From the human T2T-CHM13v2.0 reference genome, Homo sapiens: a stretch of 64,000 nt of DNA. The notes under the pieces were generated by a model. That model ran no database searches, had not been told where the DNA came from, and was given only the letters and a program-made list of their open reading frames with translations. Where the stretch lies: NCBI RefSeq assembly GCF_009914755.1, contig NC_060931.1, one strand, 5' to 3'. The position numbers and the translations under genes are program-made. Shown one piece after another: positions 27,901 to 39,900 of the stretch (positions within the stretch are counted from its first letter, which is position 1; each line of letters opens with the position of its first letter).

Positions 27901-30900
27901 GAAAAGGAAATATCTTCGTATAATAACCAGACAGAATCATTCTCAGAAAGTGCTTTGTGATGTGTGCGTTCAACTCACAGAGTTTAACCTTTCTTTTCAT
28001 AGAGGAGTTTGGAAACACACTGTTTGTAAAGTCTGCAAGTGGATATATGGACCTGTTTGAGGCCTTCGTTGGAAACGGGATTTCTTCATTGAATGCTAGA
28101 CGGAAGAATTCTCAGTAAATTCTTTGTGTTGTGTGCATTCAACTCACAGAGTGGAACGTCTCTTTAGACAGAGCAGATTTGAAACACTCTTTTTGCGGAA
28201 TTTGCAAGTGGAGATTTCTAGCCATTTGATGCCAACAGTAGAAAGGGAAATATCTTCAAATAAAAACCAGACAGAATCATTCTCAGAAAATTCTTTGTGA
28301 TGTGTGCGTTCAACTCACATAGTTTAACCTTTCTCTTCATAGAGCAGTTTGGAAACACTCTGTTTGTAAAGTCTGCAAGTGGATATATGGACCGCATTGA
28401 GGCCTTCGTTGGAAACGGGATTTCTTCATTTCATGCTAGACAGAAGAATTCTCAGTAACTTCTTTGTGCTGTGTGTATTCAACTCACAGAGTGGAACGTC
28501 CCTTTGCACAGAGCAGATTTGAAACACTCTTTTTGTGGAGTTTGCAAGTGGAGATTTCAAGCGATTTGATGCCAACAGTAGAAAAGGAAATATCTTCAAA
28601 TAAAAACTAGACAGAATCATTCTCAGAAACTACTTTGTGATGTGTGCCTTCAACTCACAGAGTTTAACCTTTCTTTTCTTAGAGCAGTTTAGAAACACTC
28701 TGCTTGTTATGTCTGCAAGTGGATATTTGGACCTCTTTGTGGCCTTCGTTGCAAACGGGGTTTCTTCCTTTCATGCTAGACTAAGAAGAGTTCTCAGTAA
28801 CTTTTTTGTGTTGTGTGTATTCAACTCACAGAGTTGAACCTTGCTTTAGAGAGAGCAGATTTGAAACACTCTTGCTGTGGCATTTTCAGGTGGAGATTTC
28901 AAGCGATTTGAGGACAATTGCAGAAAAGGAAATATCTTCGTATAATAACCAGACAGAATCATTCTCAGAAAGTGCTTTGTGATGTGTGCGTTCAACTCAC
29001 AGAGTTTAACCTTTCTTTTCATAGAGGAGTTTGGAAACACACTGTTTGTAAAGTCTGCAAGTGGATATATGGACCTGTTTGAGGCCTTCGTTGGAAACGG
29101 GATTTCTTCATTGAATGCTAGACGGAAGAATTCTCAGTAAATTCTTTGTGTTGTGTGCATTCAACTCACAGAGTGGAACGTCCCTTTAGACAGAGCAGAT
29201 TTGAAACACTCTTTTTGCGGAATTTGCAAGTGGAGATTTCTAGCCATTTGATGCCAACAGTAGAAAGGGAAATATCTTCAAATAAAAACCAGACAGAATC
29301 ATTCTCAGAAAATTCTTTGTGATGTGTGCGTTCAACTCACATAGTTTAACCTTTCTTTTCATAGAGCAGTTTGGAAACACTCTGTTTGTAAAGTCTGCAA
29401 GTGGATATATGGACCGCATTGAGGCCTTCGTTGGAAACGGGATTTCTTCATTTCATGCTAGACAGAAGAATTCTCAGTAACTTCTTTGTGCTGTGTGTAT
29501 TCAACTCACAGAGTGGAACGTCCCTTTGCACAGAGCAGATTTGAAACACTCTTTTTGTGGAGTTTGCAAGTGGAGATTTCAAGCGATTTGATGCCAACAG
29601 TAGAAAAGGAAATATCTTCAAATAAAAACTAGACAGAATCATTCTCAGAAACTACTTTGTGATGTGTGCCTTCAACTCACAGAGTTTAACCTTTCTTTTC
29701 TTAGAGCAGTTTAGAAACACTCTGCTTGTTATGTCTGCAAGTGGATATTTGGACCTCTTTGAGGCCTTCGTTGCAAACGGGGTTTCTTCCTTTCATGCTA
29801 GACTAAGAAGAGTTCTCAGTAACTTTTTTGTGTTGTGTGTATTCAACTCACAGAGTTGAACCTTGCTTTAGAGAGAGCAGATTTGAAACACTCTTGCTGT
29901 GGCATTTTCAGGTGGAGATTTCAAGCGATTTGAGGACAATTGCAGAAAAGGAAATATCTTCGTATAATAACCAGACAGAATCATTCTCAGAAAGTGCTTT
30001 GTGATGTGTGCGTTCAACTCACAGAGTTTAACCTTTCTTTTCATAGAGGAGTTTGGAAACACACTGTTTGTAAAGTCTGCAAGTGGAAATATGGACCTGT
30101 TTGAGGCCTTCGTTGGAAACGGGATTTCTTCATTGAATGCTAGACGGAAGAATTCTCAGTAAATTCTTTGTGTTGTGTGCATTCAACTCACAGAGTGGAA
30201 CGTCTCTTTAGACAGAGCAGATTTGAAACACTCTTTTTGCGGAATTTGCAAGTGGAGATTTCTAGCCATTTGATGCCAACAGTAGAAAGGGAAATATCTT
30301 CAAATAAAAACCAGACAGAATCATTCTCAGAAAATTCTTTGTGATGTGTGCGTTCAACTCACATAGTTTAACCTTTCTTTTCATAGAGCAGTTTGGAAAC
30401 ACTCTGTTTGTAAAGTCTGCAAGTGGATATATGGACCGCATTGAGGCCTTCGTTGGAAACGGGATTTCTTCATTTCATGCTAGACAGAAGAATTCTCAGT
30501 AACTTCTTTGTGCTGTGTGTATTCAACTCACAGAGTGGAACGTCCCTTTGCACAGAGCAGATTTGAAACACTCTTTTTGTGGAGTTTGCAAGTGGAGATT
30601 TCAAGCGATTTGATGCCAACAGTAGAAAAGGAAATATCTTCAAATAAAAACTAGACAGAATCATTCTCAGAAACTACTTTGTGATGTGTGCCTTCAACTC
30701 ACAGAGTTTAACCTTTCTTTTCTTAGAGCAGTTTAGAAACACTCTGCTTGTTATGTCTGCAAGTGGATATTTGGACCTCTTTGTGGCCTTCGTTGCAAAC
30801 GGGGTTTCTTCCTTTCATGCTAGACTAAGAAGAGTTCTCAGTAACTTTTTTGTGTTGTGTGTATTCAACTCACAGAGTTGAACCTTGCTTTAGAGAGAGC

Positions 30901-33900
30901 AGATTTGAAACACTCTTGCTGTGGCATTTTCAGGTGGAGATTTCAAGCGATTTGAGGACAATTGCAGAAAAGGAAATATCTTCGTATAATAACCAGACAG
31001 AATCATTCTCAGAAAGTGCTTTGTGATGTGTGCGTTCAACTCACAGAGTTTAACCTTTCTTTTCATAGAGGAGTTTGGAAACACACTGTTTGTAAAGTCT
31101 GCAAGTGGATATATGGACCTGTTTGAGGCCTTCGTTGGAAACGGGATTTCTTCATTGAATGCTAGACGGAAGAATTCTCAGTAAATTCTTTGTGTTGTGT
31201 GCATTCAACTCACAGAGTGGAACGTCCCTTTAGACAGAGCAGATTTGAAACACTCTTTTTGCGGAATTTGCAAGTGGAGATTTCTAGCCATTTGATGCCA
31301 ACAGTAGAAAGGGAAATATCTTCAAATAAAAACCAGACAGAATCATTCTCAGAAAATTCTTTGTGATGTGTGCGTTCAACTCACATAGTTTAACCTTTCT
31401 TTTCATAGAGCAGTTTGGAAACACTCTGTTTGTAAAGTCTGCAAGTGGATATATGGACCGCATTGAGGCCTTCGTTGGAAACGGGATTTCTTCATTTCAT
31501 GCTAGACAGAAGAATTCTCAGTAACTTCTTTGTGCTGTGTGTATTCAACTCACAGAGTGGAACGTCCCTTTGCACAGAGCAGATTTGAAACACTCTTTTT
31601 GTGGAGTTTGCAAGTGGAGATTTCAAGCGATTTGATGCCAACAGTAGAAAAGGAAATATCTTCAAATAAAAACTAGACAGAATCATTCTCAGAAACTACT
31701 TTGTGATGTGTGCCTTCAACTCACAGAGTTTAACCTTTCTTTTCTTAGAGCAGTTTAGAAACACTCTGCTTGTTATGTCTGCAAGTGGATATTTGGACCT
31801 CTTTGTGGCCTTCGTTGCAAACGGGGTTTCTTCCTTTCATGCTAGACTAAGAAGAGTTCTCAGTAACTTTTTTGTGTTGTGTGTATTCAACTCACAGAGT
31901 TGAACCTTGCTTTAGAGAGAGCAGATTTGAAACACTCTTGCTGTGGCATTTTCAGGTGGAGATTTCAAGCGATTTGAGGACAATTGCAGAAAAGGAAATA
32001 TCTTCGTATAATAACCAGACAGAATCATTCTCAGAAAGTGCTTTGTGATGTGTGCGTTCAACTCACAGAGTTTAACCTTTCTTTTCATAGAGGAGTTTGG
32101 AAACACACTGTTTGTAAAGTCTGCAAGTGGATATATGGACCTGTTTGAGGCCTTCGTTGGAAACGGGATTTCTTCATTGAATGCTAGACGGAAGAATTCT
32201 CAGTAAATTCTTTGTGTTGTGTGCATTCAACTCACAGAGTGGAACGTCTCTTTAGACAGAGCAGATTTGAAACACTCTTTTTGCGGAATTTGCAAGTGGA
32301 GATTTCTAGCCATTTGATGCCAACAGTAGAAAGGGAAATATCTTCAAATAAAAACCAGACAGAATCATTCTCAGAAAATTCTTTGTGATGTGTGCGTTCA
32401 ACTCACATAGTTTAACCTTTCTTTTCATAGAGCAGTTTGGAAACACTCTGTTTGTAAAGTCTGCAAGTGGATATATGGACCTCATTGAGGCCTTCGTTGG
32501 AAACGGGATTTCTTCATTTCATGCTAGACAGAAGAATTCTCAGTAACTTCTTTGTGCTGTGTGTATTCAACTCACAGAGTGGAACGTCCCTTTGCACAGA
32601 GCAGATTTGAAACACTCTTTTTGTGGAGTTTGCAAGTGGAGATTTCAAGCGATTTGATGCCAACAGTAGAAAAGGAAATATCTTCAAATAAAAACTAGAC
32701 AGAATCATTCTCAGAAACTACTTTGTGATGTGTGCCTTCAACTCACAGAGTTTAACCTTTCTTTTCTTAGAGCAGTTTAGAAACACTCTGCTTGTTATGT
32801 CTGCAAGTGGATATTTGGACCTCTTTGTGGCCTTCGTTGCAAACGGGGTTTCTTCCTTTCATGCTAGACTAAGAAGAGTTCTCAGTAACTTTTTTGTGTT
32901 GTGTGTATTCAACTCACAGAGTTGAACCTTGCTTTAGAGAGAGCAGATTTGAAACACTCTTGCTGTGGCATTTTCAGGTGGAGATTTCAAGCGATTTGAG
33001 GACAATTGCAGAAAAGGAAATATCTTCGTATAATAACCAGACAGAATCATTCTCAGAAAGTGCTTTGTGATGTGTGCGTTCAACTCACAGAGTTTAACCT
33101 TTCTTTTCATAGAGGAGTTTGGAAACACACTGTTTGTAAAGTCTGCAAGTGGATATATGGACCTGTTTGAGGCCTTCGTTGGAAACGGGATTTCTTCATT
33201 GAATGCTAGACGGAAGAATTCTCAGTAAATTCTTTGTGTTGTGTGCATTCAACTCACAGAGTGGAACGTCCCTTTAGACAGAGCAGATTTGAAACACTCT
33301 TTTTGCGGAATTTGCAAGTGGAGATTTCTAGCCATTTGATGCCAACAGTAGAAAGGGAAATATCTTCAAATAAAAACCAGACAGAATCATTCTCAGAAAA
33401 TTCTTTGTGATGTGTGCGTTCAACTCACATAGTTTAACCTTTCTTTTCATAGAGCAGTTTGGAAACACTCTGTTTGTAAAGTCTGCAAGTGGATATATGG
33501 ACCGCATTGAGGCCTTCGTTGGAAACGGGATTTCTTCATTTCATGCTAGACAGAAGAATTCTCAGTAACTTCTTTGTGCTGTGTGTATTCAACTCACAGA
33601 GTGGAACGTCCCTTTGCACAGAGCAGATTTGAAACACTCTTTTTGTGGAGTTTGCAAGTGGAGATTTCAAGCGATTTGATGCCAACAGTAGAAAAGGAAA
33701 TATCTTCAAATAAAAACTAGACAGAATCATTCTCAGAAACTACTTTGTGATGTGTGCCTTCAACTCACAGAGTTTAACCTTTCTTTTCTTAGAGCAGTTT
33801 AGAAACACTCTGCTTGTTCCGTCTGCAAGTGGATATTTGGACCTCTTTGAGGCCTTCGTTGCAAACGGGGTTTCTTCCTTTCATGCTAGACTAAGAAGAG

Positions 33901-36900
33901 TTCTCAGTAACTTTTTTGTGTTGTGTGTATTCAACTCACAGAGTTGAACCTTGCTTTAGAGAGAGCAGATTTGAAACACTCTTGCTGTGGCATTTTCAGG
34001 TGGAGATTTCAAGCGATTTGAGGACAATTGCAGAAAAGGAAATATCTTCGTATAATAACCAGACAGAATCATTCTCAGAAAGTGCTTTGTGATGTGTGCG
34101 TTCAACTCACAGAGTTTAACCTTTCTTTTCATAGAGGAGTTTGGAAACACACTGTTTGTAAAGTCTGCAAGTGGATATATGGACCTGTTTGAGGCCTTCG
34201 TTGGAAACGGGATTTCTTCATTGAATGCTAGACGGAAGAATTCTCAGTAAATTCTTTGTGTTGTGTGCATTCAACTCACAGAGTGGAACGTCTCTTTAGA
34301 CAGAGCAGATTTGAAACACTCTTTTTGCGGAATTTGCAAGTGGAGATTTCTAGCCATTTGATGCCAACAGTAGAAAGGGAAATATCTTCAAATAAAAACC
34401 AGACAGAATCATTCTCAGAAAATTCTTTGTGATGTGTGCGTTCAACTCACATAGTTTAACCTTTCTTTTCATAGAGCAGTTTGGAAACACTCTGTTTGTA
34501 AAGTCTGCAAGTGGATATATGGACCGCATTGAGGCCTTCGTTGGAAACGGGATTTCTTCATTTCATGCTAGACAGAAGAATTCTCAGTAACTTCTTTGTG
34601 CTGTGTGTATTCAACTCACAGAGTGGAACGTCCCTTTGCACAGAGCAGATTTGAAACACTCTTTTTGTGGAGTTTGCAAGTGGAGATTTCAAGCGATTTG
34701 ATGCCAACAGTAGAAAAGGAAATATCTTCAAATAAAAACTAGACAGAATCATTCTCAGAAACTACTTTGTGATGTGTGCCTTCAACTCACAGAGTTTAAC
34801 CTTTCTTTTCTTAGAGCAGTTTAGAAACACTCTGCTTGTTATGTCTGCAAGTGGATATTTGGACCTCTTTGTGGCCTTCGTTGCAAACGGGGTTTCTTCC
34901 TTTCATGCTAGACTAAGAAGAGTTCTCAGTAACTTTTTTGTGTTGTGTGTATTCAACTCACAGAGTTGAACCTTGCTTTAGAGAGAGCAGATTTGAAACA
35001 CTCTTGCTGTGGCATTTTCAGGTGGAGATTTCAAGCGATTTGAGGACAATTGCAGAAAAGGAAATATCTTCGTATAATAACCAGACAGAATCATTCTCAG
35101 AAAGTGCTTTGTGATGTGTGCGTTCAACTCACAGAGTTTAACCTTTCTTTTCATAGAGGAGTTTGGAAACACACTGTTTGTAAAGTCTGCAAGTGGATAT
35201 ATGGACCTGTTTGAGGCCTTCGTTGGAAACGGGATTTCTTCATTGAATGCTAGACGGAAGAATTCTCAGTAAATTCTTTGTGTTGTGTGCATTCAACTCA
35301 CAGAGTGGAACGTCCCTTTAGACAGAGCAGATTTGAAACACTCTTTTTGCGGAATTTGCAAGTGGAGATTTCTAGCCATTTGATGCCAACAGTAGAAAGG
35401 GAAATATCTTCAAATAAAAACCAGACAGAATCATTCTCAGAAAATTCTTTGTGATGTGTGCGTTCAACTCACATAGTTTAACCTTTCTTTTCATAGAGCA
35501 GTTTGGAAACACTCTGTTTGTAAAGTCTGCAAGTGGATATATGGACCGCATTGAGGCCTTCGTTGGAAACGGGATTTCTTCATTTCATGCTAGACAGAAG
35601 AATTCTCAGTAACTTCTTTGTGCTGTGTGTATTCAACTCACAGAGTGGAACGTCCCTTTGCACAGAGCAGATTTGAAACACTCTTTTTGTGGAGTTTGCA
35701 AGTGGAGATTTCAAGCGATTTGATGCCAACAGTAGAAAAGGAAATATCTTCAAATAAAAACTAGACAGAATCATTCTCAGAAACTACTTTGTGATGTGTG
35801 CCTTCAACTCACAGAGTTTAACCTTTCTTTTCTTAGAGCAGTTTAGAAACACTCTGCTTGTTATGTCTGCAAGTGGATATTTGGACCTCTTTGAGGCCTT
35901 CGTTGCAAACGGGGTTTCTTCCTTTCATGCTAGACTAAGAAGAGTTCTCAGTAACTTTTTTGTGTTGTGTGTATTCAACTCACAGAGTTGAACCTTGCTT
36001 TAGAGAGAGCAGATTTGAAACACTCTTGCTGTGGCATTTTCAGGTGGAGATTTCAAGCGATTTGAGGACAATTGCAGAAAAGGAAATATCTTCGTATAAT
36101 AACCAGACAGAATCATTCTCAGAAAGTGCTTTGTGATGTGTGCGTTCAACTCACAGAGTTTAACCTTTCTTTTCATAGAGGAGTTTGGAAACACACTGTT
36201 TGTAAAGTCTGCAAGTGGATATATGGACCTGTTTGAGGCCTTCGTTGGAAACGGGATTTCTTCATTGAATGCTAGACGGAAGAATTCTCAGTAAATTCTT
36301 TGTGTTGTGTGCATTCAACTCACAGAGTGGAACGTCTCTTTAGACAGAGCAGATTTGAAACACTCTTTTTGCGGAATTTGCAAGTGGAGATTTCTAGCCA
36401 TTTGATGCCAACAGTAGAAAGGGAAATATCTTCAAATAAAAACCAGACAGAATCATTCTCAGAAAATTCTTTGTGATGTGTGCGTTCAACTCACATAGTT
36501 TAACCTTTCTTTTCATAGAGCAGTTTGGAAACACTCTGTTTGTAAAGTCTGCAAGTGGATATATGGACCTCATTGAGGCCTTCGTTGGAAACGGGATTTC
36601 TTCATTTCATGCTAGACAGAAGAATTCTCAGTAACTTCTTTGTGCTGTGTGTATTCAACTCACAGAGTGGAACGTCCCTTTGCACAGAGCAGATTTGAAA
36701 CACTCTTTTTGTGGAGTTTGCAAGTGGAGATTTCAAGCGATTTGATGCCAACAGTAGAAAAGGAAATATCTTCAAATAAAAACTAGACAGAATCATTCTC
36801 AGAAACTACTTTGTGATGTGTGCCTTCAACTCACAGAGTTTAACCTTTCTTTTCTTAGAGCAGTTTAGAAACACTCTGCTTGTTATGTCTGCAAGTGGAT

Positions 36901-39900
36901 ATTTGGACCTCTTTGTGGCCTTCGTTGCAAACGGGGTTTCTTCCTTTCATGCTAGACTAAGAAGAGTTCTCAGTAACTTTTTTGTGTTGTGTGTATTCAA
37001 CTCACAGAGTTGAACCTTGCTTTAGAGAGAGCAGATTTGAAACACTCTTGCTGTGGCATTTTCAGGTGGAGATTTCAAGCGATTTGAGGACAATTGCAGA
37101 AAAGGAAATATCTTCGTATAATAACCAGACAGAATCATTCTCAGAAAGTGCTTTGTGATGTGTGCGTTCAACTCACAGAGTTTAACCTTTCTTTTCATAG
37201 AGGAGTTTGGAAACACACTGTTTGTAAAGTCTGCAAGTGGATATATGGACCTGTTTGAGGCCTTCGTTGGAAACGGGATTTCTTCATTGAATGCTAGACG
37301 GAAGAATTCTCAGTAAATTCTTTGTGTTGTGTGCATTCAACTCACAGAGTGGAACGTCCCTTTAGACAGAGCAGATTTGAAACACTCTTTTTGCGGAATT
37401 TGCAAGTGGAGATTTCTAGCCATTTGATGCCAACAGTAGAAAGGGAAATATCTTCAAATAAAAACCAGACAGAATCATTCTCAGAAAATTCTTTGTGATG
37501 TGTGCGTTCAACTCACATAGTTTAACCTTTCTTTTCATAGAGCAGTTTGGAAACACTCTGTTTGTAAAGTCTGCAAGTGGATATATGGACCGCATTGAGG
37601 CCTTCGTTGGAAACGGGATTTCTTCATTTCATGCTAGACAGAAGAATTCTCAGTAACTTCTTTGTGCTGTGTGTATTCAACTCACAGAGTGGAACGTCCC
37701 TTTGCACAGAGCAGATTTGAAACACTCTTTTTGTGGAGTTTGCAAGTGGAGATTTCAAGCGATTTGATGCCAACAGTAGAAAAGGAAATATCTTCAAATA
37801 AAAACTAGACAGAATCATTCTCAGAAACTACTTTGTGATGTGTGCCTTCAACTCACAGAGTTTAACCTTTCTTTTCTTAGAGCAGTTTAGAAACACTCTG
37901 CTTGTTCCGTCTGCAAGTGGATATTTGGACCTCTTTGAGGCCTTCGTTGCAAACGGGGTTTCTTCCTTTCATGCTAGACTAAGAAGAGTTCTCAGTAACT
38001 TTTTTGTGTTGTGTGTATTCAACTCACAGAGTTGAACCTTGCTTTAGAGAGAGCAGATTTGAAACACTCTTGCTGTGGCATTTTCAGGTGGAGATTTCAA
38101 GCGATTTGAGGACAATTGCAGAAAAGGAAATATCTTCGTATAATAACCAGACAGAATCATTCTCAGAAAGTGCTTTGTGATGTGTGCGTTCAACTCACAG
38201 AGTTTAACCTTTCTTTTCATAGAGGAGTTTGGAAACACACTGTTTGTAAAGTCTGCAAGTGGATATATGGACCTGTTTGAGGCCTTCGTTGGAAACGGGA
38301 TTTCTTCATTGAATGCTAGACGGAAGAATTCTCAGTAAATTCTTTGTGTTGTGTGCATTCAACTCACAGAGTGGAACGTCCCTTTAGACAGAGCAGATTT
38401 GAAACACTCTTTTTGCGGAATTTGCAAGTGGAGATTTCTAGCCATTTGATGCCAACAGTAGAAAGGGAAATATCTTCAAATAAAAACCAGACAGAATCAT
38501 TCTCAGAAAATTCTTTGTGATGTGTGCGTTCAACTCACATAGTTTAACCTTTCTCTTCATAGAGCAGTTTGGAAACACTCTGTTTGTAAAGTCTGCAAGT
38601 GGATATATGGACCGCATTGAGGCCTTCGTTGGAAACGGGATTTCTTCATTTCATGCTAGACAGAAGAATTCTCAGTAACTTCTTTGTGCTGTGTGTATTC
38701 AACTCACAGAGTGGAACGTCCCTTTGCACAGAGCAGATTTGAAACACTCTTTTTGTGGAGTTTGCAAGTGGAGATTTCAAGCGATTTGATGCCAACAGTA
38801 GAAAAGGAAATATCTTCAAATAAAAACTAGACAGAATCATTCTCAGAAACTACTTTGTGATGTGTGCCTTCAACTCACAGAGTTTAACCTTTCTTTTCTT
38901 AGAGCAGTTTAGAAACACTCTGCTTGTTATGTCTGCAAGTGGATATTTGGACCTCTTTGAGGCCTTCGTTGCAAACGGGGTTTCTTCCTTTCATGCTAGA
39001 CTAAGAAGAGTTCTCAGTAACTTTTTTGTGTTGTGTGTATTCAACTCACAGAGTTGAACCTTGCTTTAGAGAGAGCAGATTTGAAACACTCTTGCTGTGG
39101 CATTTTCAGGTGGAGATTTCAAGCGATTTGAGGACAATTGCAGAAAAGGAAATATCTTCGTATAATAACCAGACAGAATCATTCTCAGAAAGTGCTTTGT
39201 GATGTGTGCGTTCAACTCACCGAGTTTAACCTTTCTTTTCATAGAGGAGTTTGGAAACACACTGTTTGTAAAGTCTGCAAGTGGATATATGGACCTGTTT
39301 GAGGCCTTCTTTGGAAACGGGATTTCTTCATTGAATGCTAGACGGAAGAATTCTCAGTAAATTCTTTGTGTTGTGTGCATTCAACTCACAGAGTGGAACG
39401 TCCCTTTAGACAGAGCAGATTTGAAACACTCTTTTTGCGGAATTTGCAAGTGGAGATTTCTAGCCATTTGATGCCAACAGTAGAAAGGGAAATATCTTCA
39501 AATAAAAACCAGACAGAATCATTCTCAGAAAATTCTTTGTGATGTGTGCGTTCAACTCACATAGTTTAACCTTTCTCTTCATAGAGCAGTTTGGAAACAC
39601 TCTGTTTGTAAAGTCTGCAAGTGGATATATGGACCGCATTGAGGCCTTCGTTGGAAACGGGATTTCTTCATTTCATGCTAGACAGAAGAATTCTCAGTAA
39701 CTTCTTTGTGCTGTGTGTATTCAACTCACAGAGTGGAACGTCCCTTTGCACAGAGCAGATTTGAAACACTCTTTTTGTGGAGTTTGCAAGTGGAGATTTC
39801 AAGCGATTTCATGCCAACAGTAGAAAAGGAAATATCTTCAAATAAAAACTAGACAGAATCATTCTCAGAAACTACTTTGTGATGTGTGCCTTCAACTCAC

